Source: Thermoleophilia bacterium (GTDB lineage Bacteria > Actinomycetota > Thermoleophilia > RBG-16-64-13). From it: a DNA stretch of 64,000 nucleotides. Under the pieces are notes generated by a model. That model had not been told where the DNA came from, did not search any database, and saw only the letters and a program-made list of their open reading frames with translations. The stretch is taken from contig JAXGIS010000005.1 in assembly GCA_040770645.1 (NCBI GenBank), positions 13,333 to 77,332 on the forward strand, in the 5' to 3' direction. The number at the start of each line of letters is the position of its first letter. The stretch's first letter is position 1. Both the position numbers and the translations under genes were made by a program. This document shows positions 42,597 to 51,611 of the stretch, in pieces.

Positions 42597-43526
42597 ATGA
42601 TGAACCCGGTGTCGGTTCAGGCCACGTATCCCGCCGGGCCGCCGAGCAGAGGCTCTGTCGCAGATGCTGTGGTGGGAGGGGACGCACCGGGGGAGATGTC
42701 ACGCCCCCGGGTGGTTGGGCAGGGCGGGCAGGATGTCCTCCCAACCACGCCGGAGTGCTGCATTCGCTTGGCGGGCGGCGAGACGCCGTCCAACGAAGAA
42801 CTCGTCCTCTGCCATCAGCGGCTGGGTTGCTCCGGGTGCCTGGATGAACTCCTAGCACGAAACACAAAACTTCTTCATCACGTGCTCAAGCGCTTCGTGC
42901 ACAGCCGCGAGCCGTACGAAGATCTTCTGCAAGTGGCGTATCTGGGCTTGGTGAAAGCGATCCAGCGGTTCGATCCGTGGCGTGGCATCGTCTTCAGTAC
43001 TTATGCGGTAGCAGTGGTGGACGGAGAGGTGCGCCATTACCTGCGGGACAGCGTTTTGATGCGCCAACCACGCTGGGCCCGGACGGCATACCGCAAAATT
43101 GAAGAAGCACAGTCCGCGTTCTACGCCGAACACAAAAGATTCCCTTCGTTTACCGAACTGGCTGAGCTGGTCAACATCACGCCGGAAGGTGTTCTGGAAG
43201 TAATCCGGGGATGCTCACAGCCGGAGTTGCAGTCGCTGGATGATCCCGACGGTGCTGCGGCGAACCCAAGGCGCTTACGGGACGCGTCATACGGTCTTTG
43301 CGACACGAGAGTTTCACGCTGCTCTTTGGAGGACCGGATAGCCTTGTATCAGGCCATGGCCACGTTGTCGGCTGCACAGAAACGACTCATTTATCTGTTG
43401 TTCTTCCGGGAGTTGACACAGCAGGAAGTGGCCGACGAGTTGGGCATGACGCAACGCACGGTTTCCCGTGAGCAGCACCGAGCTTTGGCCAAGCTCAAAG
43501 CGGTGCTCACCAAGAAGATCTTCTAG
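42597..43526 (+). CDS. Sigma-70-family (group 3, FliA/SigF-like) sigma factor encoded immediately downstream of pilC. It carries a roughly 70-aa low-complexity N-terminal extension.
   Basis: Region 2 DLLQVAYLGLVKAIQRFDPWRGIVFSTYAVAVVDGEVRHYLRD. Region 4 LTQQEVADELGMTQRTVSREQHRALAKL. Confidence 0.75.
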   Translation: MMNPVSVQATYPAGPPSRGSVADAVVGGDAPGEMSRPRVVGQGGQDVLPTTPECCIRLAGGETPSNEELVLCHQRLGCSGCLDELLARNTKLLHHVLKRFVHSREPYEDLLQVAYLGLVKAIQRFDPWRGIVFSTYAVAVVDGEVRHYLRDSVLMRQPRWARTAYRKIEEAQSAFYAEHKRFPSFTELAELVNITPEGVLEVIRGCSQPELQSLDDPDGAAANPRRLRDASYGLCDTRVSRCSLEDRIALYQAMATLSAAQKRLIYLLFFRELTQQEVADELGMTQRTVSREQHRALAKLKAVLTKKIF

Positions 43527-43867
43527 TCCAGCTTCCGCTTGTTCATCTTGCATTGTGCGTGCACCACCAGCATCGCGGCCAGCGTGTCGAACTTGTAATG
43601 CACGATAATCTACATTATGTCAAGTTCATGAACGAGAAACGGGGGTTGGAGGACGGCTTGGAGGTTGGGAACACTCGGCGTCGGCCACGTATCGCACTTG
43701 CGATGCTCCTCCCCACCGGGTACAGTGTTGTCAAGCGTCAGAAAGGAGGTGGTCCAGATCGATACATTGCCTTGTAGACGCAGTGGCTATAGGACCGGGG
43801 TGGTGTTCGCCTCTAGCCGCAAGATACCCGGAGGACGCGCACTTGCGGCGCCCCGGAAGCCACGTCG

Positions 43868-43900
43868 TCTGATCACAGCGCTGAGGGCCGCCACATTGGG
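43868..43900. terminator. GC-rich 13-bp inverted repeat GCTGAGGGCCGCC-ACATT-GGGCGGCCCCTCAGC, between convergent genes.
   Basis: A near-perfect hairpin 18 nt downstream of the minus-strand MerR-like stop. There is no U-tract, which is common in high-GC genomes. Confidence 0.4.
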
Positions 43901-43917
43901 CGGCCCCTCAGCGTCTC

Positions 43918-44673
43918 TCAGCGCACGAGTGCCCGCATATCCTTCAGGAGCAGTAACTGGAAGAGGCTCGAGATCAGCGCGCCCAGATCAAGCACCTGAC
44001 GTTCGCCCTGTTCGCGCCGTTCGGGATGCGGTGAGCGCAAAGCGGGTGCAGTGGCCTGTTCGATGACGGCTGCTTCTCTCTCCACTGCGGAACGTGTCAT
44101 GCGCAGGTTGCGAGGTTCGACCCCGAACCGCCGCAGAAGACCACAGATACGGGCGGCTTCGACATCGCTCTCTGTGAAGACAGCCGTCCCGGCCTCCCCC
44201 ACCCGGCGATCAACCAATCGGAACTCGACTGAGTTGACGCATGAAGTCCTCGTCGACGCCGCTGACCTCGAGCGCTTCATCCCAGGGAATCAGTCTTTCT
44301 TCGCGGCGAAGTCCGGCGGTGCGATCCAGGCCTTGCGGAGATGTAACCGGCGTACCCGATGCCTGCGGCGATGGTACGCCTCGCGCCAAGCGCTCCCGAA
44401 TGACATCCAGCGGCAGGAACTCGTCCTGCTGCATAGCTCAGGATGGTGCGAAGCCGGCGCGCGTCGGCCTGGGCGTAGGTGCGATATCCCCCTGGGGTGC
44501 GTTGCGGAGCAATCAGCCCCTCGTTCTTCGAGGTAACGTACCTTGCTAATACTTAGGTCGGAACCAGTATGCAACGAGTCCACGAGTTGGCCGATCTTCG
44601 AGATCGAGATGTCCGGGAACTCGTCGACCAGGATCTTCAAGACCTGGCCGATGCTGCGCCGATCCGGTGGCAT
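43918..44673 (-). CDS. MerR-family regulator of the actinobacterial Rv1828/FtsR type. The frame is broken twice.
   Basis: Three consecutive minus-strand ORFs carry the pieces: MerR HTH SIGQVLKILVDEFPDISISKI...VRYLEERG, a middle piece LPLDVIRERL, and a C-terminal piece FRLVDRRVGEAGTAVFTESDVEAARICGLLRRFGVEPRNLR. Confidence 0.7.
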
Positions 44674-45153
44674 CTAGTCCTGCCCGGCCGCGTCCACCAG
44701 ATAGACCATGCGGAACTTGCCGATCTGGACCTCGTCGCCGTTACGCAGATGCCGGCGCTCGACGCGGCGGCGGTTCACGTAGGTACCGTTGAGGCTGTTC
44801 AGGTCTTCGATCGCAAAACCGCTGGCATCGCGCACCACCCGGGAGTGGTGACGGCTGACGGTGATATCGTCCAGGAACAAGTCACTATCCGGATTGCGGC
44901 CGATGGTGACAACATCGCCCTCCAGCAACATCTCCTCTCCTTCACGACCGCCGCCGGCTCGGATCACGAAGCCCGGCGCCAAGATGGACTCCTGTGCCGT
45001 CTCCAGTGTGGTGTCGAACTCGCCCGCTTCACCCCGGTCGTAAACGGCGGTCACATCGGCCGCATTCTGTACGGCCATGCGAGTACCACAATGACTGCAG
45101 AAGTTCGCGTCCTCGATATTCTCAAAACCACACTTGGGACAAGCAGCACTCAT
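44674..45153 (-). CDS. FHA-domain protein with an N-terminal zinc ribbon (GarA/OdhI-like position).
   Basis: CPKCGFENIEDANFCSHCG, then FHA GDVVTIGRNPDSDLFLDDITVSRHHSRVV...NSLNGTYVNRRRV. Confidence 0.8.
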   Translation of the reverse strand: MSAACPKCGFENIEDANFCSHCGTRMAVQNAADVTAVYDRGEAGEFDTTLETAQESILAPGFVIRAGGGREGEEMLLEGDVVTIGRNPDSDLFLDDITVSRHHSRVVRDASGFAIEDLNSLNGTYVNRRRVERRHLRNGDEVQIGKFRMVYLVDAAGQD

Positions 45154-45174
45154 GAGTCGCTCCGTATTCCGGCG

Positions 45175-45540
45175 CTAGTCGCGGCCCTCGATCTTCTTGA
45201 CCGGGGCGTAGTCCACGGTGTACGCGTAGCGCCGTCCTGCCAGTTGATCTTCTATGCCTCTGACAATGGTGGGGTTTTCAACCAGTCTGGCGCGCATGTG
45301 CGGTGTTGTGTGATTGACGACGTAATGCTCCTGCATAATGTCGTCATAAGGCTTGCCCTTCCGCATTTCGTTCATGATGTAGCGAATGACTCGCTCTTCG
45401 CGGACACCCGCAGTGGCGTTGAACACGAGTGAACGAAACGCTCCAACCAGACGATTCAGCGCACCAGCCACTAGTCTCCCCCCGTTCGGCTCATATGCTC
45501 GACCGCTACACAGAGAGTACCCGGCGACGGGACACGTCAA
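45175..45540 (-). CDS. Hypothetical 121-aa protein. No family recognised.
   Basis: The ATG overlaps the upstream stop as ATGA. Clear codon periodicity. Motif IMNEMRKGKPYDDIMQEHYVVNHTTPHMRARLVENPTIVRGIEDQL. Confidence 0.45.
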   Translation of the reverse strand: MTCPVAGYSLCSGRAYEPNGGRLVAGALNRLVGAFRSLVFNATAGVREERVIRYIMNEMRKGKPYDDIMQEHYVVNHTTPHMRARLVENPTIVRGIEDQLAGRRYAYTVDYAPVKKIEGRD

Positions 45541-45827
45541 TCCTGCGACAGGCTGTCCTCCACCGCCCCGGGTCTACCACTTAGAATGGCGCTCAGAGAG
45601 TCGATGTCCTCCTCTCGAAACAACCCATCGCCGGTTTTATGCTTGTCTCTCAGCCTACGAACGATCTCGGCGCGGATGATGTCGAGCTTCCCGTGAATGA
45701 TTCTCCGTTCGCGGGAGATCTCGCGTTCCTCGCGCTGCAACCTCTCTGACAGCTCCCTCAACTCGTCGTCCGAATAGGACCTTATGTTCACGAGAACGTC
45801 AAAGGAGTCCTTGCTCACGTTCATCAT
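45537..45827 (-). CDS. Hypothetical 96-aa coiled-coil protein. No family recognised.
   Basis: MMNVSKDSFDVLVNIRSYSDDELRELSERLQREEREISRERRIIHGKLDIIRAEIVRRL. The ATG overlaps the gcvH stop as ATGA. Confidence 0.5.
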   Translation of the reverse strand: MMNVSKDSFDVLVNIRSYSDDELRELSERLQREEREISRERRIIHGKLDIIRAEIVRRLRDKHKTGDGLFREEDIDSLSAILSGRPGAVEDSLSQD

Positions 45828-46210
45828 TCCTCGTTCTGGCTCAACATGGCCTCGTATTCTTCGATGGTCATGAGAGCCTCCAACTCGGCGGCGTCTGCCA
45901 ACCTGACGCGCACCAACCACCCATCTTCGTAGGGGCTCTGGTTGATGAGTTCTGGAGCGTCGATGACCTCTTGGTTGACTTGCACCACCGTCCCACTCAC
46001 CGGTGCGTAGACGTCGGAGACGGCCTTGACCGACTCGATCTCCGCATACGGTTCACCGGCAGTCAGAACAGTCTCTTCCGCCGGCAGTTCCACGTACACG
46101 ATGTCACCCAGGGTCTTCTGTGCATAATCGGTGATCCCGAACACGGCAATCGCTCCGTCCATTCTGACCCAATCGTGTTCTTCGTGGAACCTGAACTCCT
46201 TCAAGTTCAC
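45824..46210 (-). CDS. gcvH: Glycine cleavage system H protein.
   Basis: Lipoyl-lysine motif AEIESVKAVSDVYAPVSG. HEEHDWVRMDGAIAVFGITDYAQ. Confidence 0.85.
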   Translation of the reverse strand: MNLKEFRFHEEHDWVRMDGAIAVFGITDYAQKTLGDIVYVELPAEETVLTAGEPYAEIESVKAVSDVYAPVSGTVVQVNQEVIDAPELINQSPYEDGWLVRVRLADAAELEALMTIEEYEAMLSQNEE

Positions 46211-46270
46211 AACCGCTCCTTTCCCGCCCTATAGGCCAAAATCATCATAACACAGGGTTCTAGAGCTCCC

Positions 46271-46633
46271 TTAAGTTGAAGCAGAGGTTTGCATGTGGGC
46301 CGCCTGCAGCAGCAAAGCATCAAGCCTGCGCGTGATCTCGGTTCCTCGGGGCATGGGTGTTCCGGCCTCTTCCCTTGCCTCTGTGGTGGTACTCAGATCA
46401 TCTTGGGAGTGGAAAGTGAACTCACCGCTGGAGTTCCGCAGGAGCAGGAAGAAGGCGTCTTCGCCGGCCTGTCCCCCCTCTGTGCCGGCTCGGACCGGTG
46501 CTCCAGCTTCAAGGTGGATTTCACCCTGCGCGCAATCACCAGAGATCCGCACAATCCCCGATGCACGGCGCAGACTCAGGACCTGTAGCACATCGCCGAG
46601 CGCGAAGCAGTCCAACCTACCGTTTACCGCCAC
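46271..46633 (-). CDS. PATAN/DUF4388-domain protein. This family of regulators is linked to motility.
   Basis: LDCFALGDVLQVLSLRRASGIVRISGDCAQGEIHLEAGAPVRA fits the DUF4388 signature (L.DF.L.DVLQ....R.TG.L.....G.I....G). Confidence 0.6.
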   Translation of the reverse strand: MAVNGRLDCFALGDVLQVLSLRRASGIVRISGDCAQGEIHLEAGAPVRAGTEGGQAGEDAFFLLLRNSSGEFTFHSQDDLSTTTEAREEAGTPMPRGTEITRRLDALLLQAAHMQTSAST

Positions 46634-46746
46634 CGTTAGCCGCCTGGTTCGTTTAACTCTCGGAATCTGGATTCTAGCATTGTGGGTCAGGCAAAGCGGC
46701 TATACTGGCCCAAGGTGTCCCGTCACTCACCCGTGAGGAGAGGTAT

Positions 46747-47238
46747 TTGGCTCCACGAAGAGGCCTGATCATCAGCAGCGACCAGATGCGGGTGGTGGAC
46801 ACCATCCTGCAACAGCTACGAGAGGTATCCGGGGTTCGTTTCATTGCGGTAGTGTCCACGAGCGGCCAGCCGATAACCTCGAGCCCCACCGACCATCACC
46901 CGGACATGCTCTCCCTCGCTTCTTTGGCCGCCAGTTCGTTTGCAGCGACCCAGCAACTAGCCGGCATACTCAGTGAGAAGGAGTTCACGCTGCTCTTCCA
47001 CGAAGGTCGTGAACTCAACCTTCACGTAGCTCAAGTATCGGACAAAGTACTGCTGGTTATTGCGTTTGGGCACGATACCCAGGTGGGAAAGGTCCGACTG
47101 TACACCGGTCGGGCTGTTGCCGCTCTGGCACCGGTATTCGCGGAACCCAACGGAGCAGACACGCCTGCCGTGGTCGATGCAGCGTACACGGCCCAGGCGA
47201 GTGAGGCCATCGAAGACCTGTTCACGGGTCAGGAGTGA
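46747..47238 (+). CDS. mglB: Roadblock/LC7-domain protein MglB (GAP for MglA).
   Basis: GVRFIAVVSTSGQPITSS...SLASLAASSFAATQQLAGIL...LLFHEGRELNLHVAQVSDKVLLVIAFG. TTG start after a GAGGAGAGG RBS. The stop overlaps the mglA RBS. Confidence 0.75.
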   Translation: MAPRRGLIISSDQMRVVDTILQQLREVSGVRFIAVVSTSGQPITSSPTDHHPDMLSLASLAASSFAATQQLAGILSEKEFTLLFHEGRELNLHVAQVSDKVLLVIAFGHDTQVGKVRLYTGRAVAALAPVFAEPNGADTPAVVDAAYTAQASEAIEDLFTGQE

Positions 47239-47244
47239 TCGACA

Positions 47245-47829
47245 TTGCCCCTGATCAACTTCGCTGCGCGCGAGATCAACTACAAGATCGTCTACTACGG
47301 ATGTGGTCTTTGTGGCAAGACCACCAACATCCAGTACATCCATCGCAAGGTGAACCCGAACACGCGGGGCAAACTCGTCAGCATCGCCACCGAAGAAGAA
47401 CGCACGCTCTATTTTGACTTCCTACCCCTTTCCCTTGGTTCAGTCAAAGGCATGAAGACACGGTTTCATCTGTACACGGTACCGGGTCAATCCCACTACA
47501 ATGCCTCACGCAAGCTCGTGTTGCAGGGCGTTGACGGCATCGTGTTCGTGGTGGACAGCCAAATCAGCCGGCTTGACGAGAATGTGGAGAGCTATCTCAA
47601 CCTGTGGGACAACCTGTTCGAACAGGGAGACGATCTTTCACGCATGGCCCTCGTACTGCAGATGAACAAACGTGACCTGACAGAGGTGTTCTCGGTGCCA
47701 GATCTGGTGGAGTTGTTGAATCAAATCAGGTCACCGGTATTCGAAGCTTCGGCGCTCACCGGCATTGGGGTGTTCGAGACGCTCAAATCCGTTTGCAAGC
47801 AGGTCATTGCGCGCACGGCTCAGCCGTAG
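47245..47829 (+). CDS. mglA: Ras-like small GTPase MglA.
   Basis: Near-identical to the Myxococcus/Thermus MglA signature: [29 protein letters not shown], intrinsic Arg-finger RTLYFDFLP, switch II YTVPGQ, and G4 NKRDL. TTG start after an AGGAG RBS. Confidence 0.85.
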   Translation: MPLINFAAREINYKIVYYGCGLCGKTTNIQYIHRKVNPNTRGKLVSIATEEERTLYFDFLPLSLGSVKGMKTRFHLYTVPGQSHYNASRKLVLQGVDGIVFVVDSQISRLDENVESYLNLWDNLFEQGDDLSRMALVLQMNKRDLTEVFSVPDLVELLNQIRSPVFEASALTGIGVFETLKSVCKQVIARTAQP

Positions 47830-47881
47830 GAGCCTCGGGTAAGAGCCTCAGAGTCCTCGGGAGCCAAGGGCGCGGACGGCC

Positions 47882-49649
47882 TCATCCACCCACCCGCACG
47901 ATCCAGTCCTTCGGTTGGTAGACGCTCTCGAACTCGTCTGTGAACAGCAGCTGCCCGTCCGGTCCATGGACTGAGCGCCGCACGCTCACGGAGCGCCCCT
48001 CGATGCCGGGTTCAAGTTCGTCACGCTGGCCCGGCGCGAGCGCAGGATCCACGAGAATCCGCGGATAGGTGGGACTACTGCGTGGCGGGACTACGTCGCG
48101 GATGGGGCTCGTGGAGAGTTCCACGCGGCGTGCGAAGGCTACCCCCGACAGCTTCACTTCCACGAAGTCATCGGCGGCCACTACATTCAGGAGAAGCACC
48201 GAATCGCTGTCGTTGCGGAACCTGAAGTCCTGCGACCCATACGACACCGTGGCGTCGCGCCCCACTGGGTAGCGTTCCAGGAACAAGGCGTGAGGCCAAC
48301 GCTCCACCACGGGCAGACCGGCGAGCAGTACGGCGTTGAAGAGCGTGGTCGAGACCTGGCAAATCCCCCCTCCCCACCCCGGGAACGAGAACGCCGTTGT
48401 CTATGACGGGCGCTTCGTCATAGCCGGCTGCCTGGGTCCGAGGGCCCACCGCCTCGTTGAACGAAAAGGTCTCTCCCGGCCGGATCACGCGACCGTCGAG
48501 CGTGGCGGCCACTTGGGCGATATTGTTGACACGGGCCCGATTGGCCGGGGAGAAGTACGTGGTGAAACTGGCGATAACACTTCGCGACTGCAGCATCTCC
48601 GCGTCCAGGGTGGTGAGTCGTGGCGCCCAGGTTTCCGTGGGGACGGCTACGTGCCGCGGGGCCGAACGGAGTGCCGCCTGGTCGATGAGACGCAGTAGGG
48701 TGTCCCAGTTGACCCGCACCCCGTCCTTGCTGGCAATCACGGAGTAAGAGCGACCATCGACGGCCGGCACGATCTCGGCATCCACCGGAGGCGTTTCGAT
48801 GGCCGCCAATCGCTGCTCCACCAGTTCCCGTCCGGTTGTACTGTCCACCGTGAGCGGCCGCCCCGCGTCAACGCCCTCAGGGAAGAATTGCGCCATCTGT
48901 GCCAGATCGTCCGGCGTCAGGTCCGCAACCCAATCGCGGTAAGTGAGCCTCACGGGAGCCGAGAAGAAGATCGACGCGTCTTCCAATGCTTTGAGGGCTT
49001 TCTCGGTGGTGAGTTTGGGAGCGATGGCATCCACGGGAACCTGTAAGTCTTGGGTTACTTGTAAGTCTCGGGTTCCGCCGGCCACGGCATCCATCAACAG
49101 ATGTTTGAGCGCCTCACGATTGAGTCTTGCCCCCTTCCGAGCGGCGATGACCTTCGGTTCCCCGCCGTTCACCACTAGTTCCGCATCCACCGGCAGGTGT
49201 TCCACCACGATGCTGAGCACATCTGCGACGGACAGGAAGGGCGCATCATCAATCGTAATCGGTGTCGCGATGTCTCGTGGAGAGATCCACAGGCGCATCC
49301 GCTCGATCAAACGGGCGAAGAGCGAACCCGATCTGCCCACCTCCATCGCCCGCACGGCCGTGGTGGCGACATCTATGTGCACCCCGGCGTCTGCCGCAGT
49401 GATGATGGTCGTGAAGGCGGGTGCTGCGTCGCCGCCGACGAGTGTCAGTCTCCGGTTGAGACGCCGGGCTGCTTCCTGGGAAAGCCGCGTCTCGGCCTCG
49501 ACGGGGGCGAGCCCGCCCAGTTGGACGCCGAGGGCGGTGACTCCCCTGTGAATCCGGCCTCGACTGATGAATGCGTCCACCCCCACTGCCGATAATGCCA
49601 GCAACACGAGGAGGCCTACTATGATGGAGGCCTGTCTGCCCCTGCTCAC
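47882..49649 (-). CDS. VanW-family protein, anchored by an N-terminal TM segment. The frame is broken near 48340.
   Basis: N-terminal helix IIVGLLVLLALSAV. A large extracytoplasmic region. The C-terminal VanW domain VERWPHALFLERYPVGRDATVSYG is in ORF 47882..48310. The shift lies at a C-rich homopolymer. Confidence 0.75.
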
Positions 49650-49709
49650 GGGCTTGGTGTCCTCACGGTAACCCCACCCGCCCCTTCAGAACGGCCTCGC
49701 AGGTTCGGC

Positions 49710-50453
49710 TCATTCTGCCGGCTTTGCGTATTCGAAGACCCGAGGCCCATCCCTACGCGGCGGGATCTCAATCTCCACATTCACGCCCGCGTGTGCGTGC
49801 ACACCGGGGACCTGTGCCAGGGTCGACACCAGTCCTCCGGGAACGTTCAGAGCCGATAGCAGGGACTGGGGCTCACCAATGGCGGCAAACGCGTATGGTG
49901 GCAGCAAAGGCGTCCCATCACAGGTTAGAGCCCCTGTGCTGCCGCCGAACCAGGAATCGAGAGCCAGCCGTCTGTTGTTGATTGAAATGGCTTGAGCTCC
50001 AGCGGCTCGCAATTCGTTGAGAGCGAGTGTGAGTTCATAGACGGACAGGCGGCCTTCGCCATCCTCGATGTCCAGCTGTATACCGGAACCATGTACGGGG
50101 ACCGTGCCCGAGGCTTGGGCCAGAATCTCGAGGGTCTCCTGTGTGCGCGCGGCGGCCTCCTCCAGGGACTGGGAGTTGGAGCGGCCGTCGATCGACCGAA
50201 TGTGCAACTCGGTGTCCTCCTGTTGTAGTTGAGCGATCTCCCGGCTCAATGCGCCGACCATACGCCCGAGCTCGTCTACACCGCGCAGATACAAATCCGA
50301 GTGTGAGCCCTCCTGCGTTCGCATTTGAGCCGCCAACAAGAAGCCCGTGATGGCCAATACCAAGAACACTGCGAACGCCACCGCGCGGCCTTTGCCGCCG
50401 CGGCGGGGAGGTCGTGAGGTGGTGCGCAGTATGTCGATGACTTGCGGAGCCAT
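49710..50453 (-). CDS. DUF881-domain protein (Rv1825/YlxW-like).
   Basis: N-terminal TM AVAFAVFLVLAITGFLLAA, then the DUF881 core GSGIQLDIEDGEGRL...LNELRAAGAQAISINNRRL. Confidence 0.7.
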   Translation of the reverse strand: MAPQVIDILRTTSRPPRRGGKGRAVAFAVFLVLAITGFLLAAQMRTQEGSHSDLYLRGVDELGRMVGALSREIAQLQQEDTELHIRSIDGRSNSQSLEEAAARTQETLEILAQASGTVPVHGSGIQLDIEDGEGRLSVYELTLALNELRAAGAQAISINNRRLALDSWFGGSTGALTCDGTPLLPPYAFAAIGEPQSLLSALNVPGGLVSTLAQVPGVHAHAGVNVEIEIPPRRDGPRVFEYAKPAE

Positions 50454-50457
50454 GTTT

Positions 50458-50796
50458 CTACTTGACAGTGATACGGCGAAGGGTGGCCAAGTTGTGAAAA
50501 ACGCGCACACTCAAAGCCACGGCGGCCGCAAGGTATAGGTTGACGCCGAGTCGGTCGCCCAGAAAGGTGATGAGCGTGGCCAGCGCAGTGTTCAGCAATA
50601 AGCCCCCCAAGAACACCCGGAGCGCAAAGGAACGCCCGAGGAAGGCCCGCAGCCCGCCCAAGCCGGAGTTGAGAACGGCTAGAACGGCAATCGATAGATA
50701 TCGGGCGTAAGAGGCGGGCACATGGAACTTGAAGATCAAGCCCAAACTCACACCCACCAGCAGTCCGAGCAGAGGGATAGCGAGTCGGCGATTCAT
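50458..50796 (-). CDS. sbp: Small basic membrane protein Sbp (DUF1290).
   Basis: 112 aa, all-helical and hydrophobic. Flanked by two DUF881 genes, as in the Rv1823-1825 / ylxW-sbp-ylxX arrangement. ATGA overlap with the upstream gene. Confidence 0.7.
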   Translation of the reverse strand: MNRRLAIPLLGLLVGVSLGLIFKFHVPASYARYLSIAVLAVLNSGLGGLRAFLGRSFALRVFLGGLLLNTALATLITFLGDRLGVNLYLAAAVALSVRVFHNLATLRRITVK

Positions 50797-51611
50797 GGGG
50801 CCTCATCTCGACGCAACGCTGATGGTGCTGTGCTGCCTGCGCCCCCAGGCAGTCTCAGATTTTGCATCTCTTCCATCTTGAGCAAAAGACCGAAACGCTC
50901 TACATGCTCATTTATCAGGGAGCGGCTGTCATCGTCGTCTTGCAACGCTTGAGCCAGGGAGGTGGTGTGGCCCACCGCCTCGATTCGGAAAGGCGAAGCC
51001 AGCCGTGTGTTGTTCACGAGCACCGTGGGGCCCACACAGCGAACAGCCGAGAGTTGTGTGAGTCTCTCATCGTTGACGGCTATCGCCTCAGCACCACCGG
51101 ACCACAGTGCATTGATCAATGCGCGGAGATCGTAATCGTGGACGAGGGCACCTTCCAGGTCTGAGGGGAATCCCTGGGGTCGAGGGTTATCGGCGATGGT
51201 GATGCGCAAACCCGGCCCGTGAACGGGCAGCATGGCCGTGAGCATGCTCAGGTCACGGATTTGCTGAGAGTGTTCTTCCAACACTTCTCTCCAGGTGACG
51301 TGGTGGGCTTCGAGGGCGCTGATCTCGAGGCGGCGCACAGCGAGGCTCATCTCCAGTTCATCTCTGCGCGCTTCGAGTTCATGCACTACCTGAATCAGAT
51401 CTTCTCGGCGGTCGCCGATGCCGGCGACCGCCAACACCTGTGGGGCATTGCGGACCGCAGCCACGAGGAGGAAGCCCACCACCATCGTGGCGATTGCAAA
51501 GAGCAGGTGGTCTCCCCGGCGGCTCTTGGAGCGAGCCGAAGACCGGGTTCTCAGCGTACTCTCATTCGTCCGACGACCGCTCGGCAATGAGCGCCTCCAG
51601 TCTCTGCGCAT
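50793..51611 (-). CDS. DUF881-domain protein (Rv1823/YlxX-like).
   Basis: [20 protein letters not shown], then [13 protein letters not shown]...[20 protein letters not shown]. Confidence 0.7.
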   Translation of the reverse strand: MRRDWRRSLPSGRRTNESTLRTRSSARSKSRRGDHLLFAIATMVVGFLLVAAVRNAPQVLAVAGIGDRREDLIQVVHELEARRDELEMSLAVRRLEISALEAHHVTWREVLEEHSQQIRDLSMLTAMLPVHGPGLRITIADNPRPQGFPSDLEGALVHDYDLRALINALWSGGAEAIAVNDERLTQLSAVRCVGPTVLVNNTRLASPFRIEAVGHTTSLAQALQDDDDSRSLINEHVERFGLLLKMEEMQNLRLPGGAGSTAPSALRRDEAP

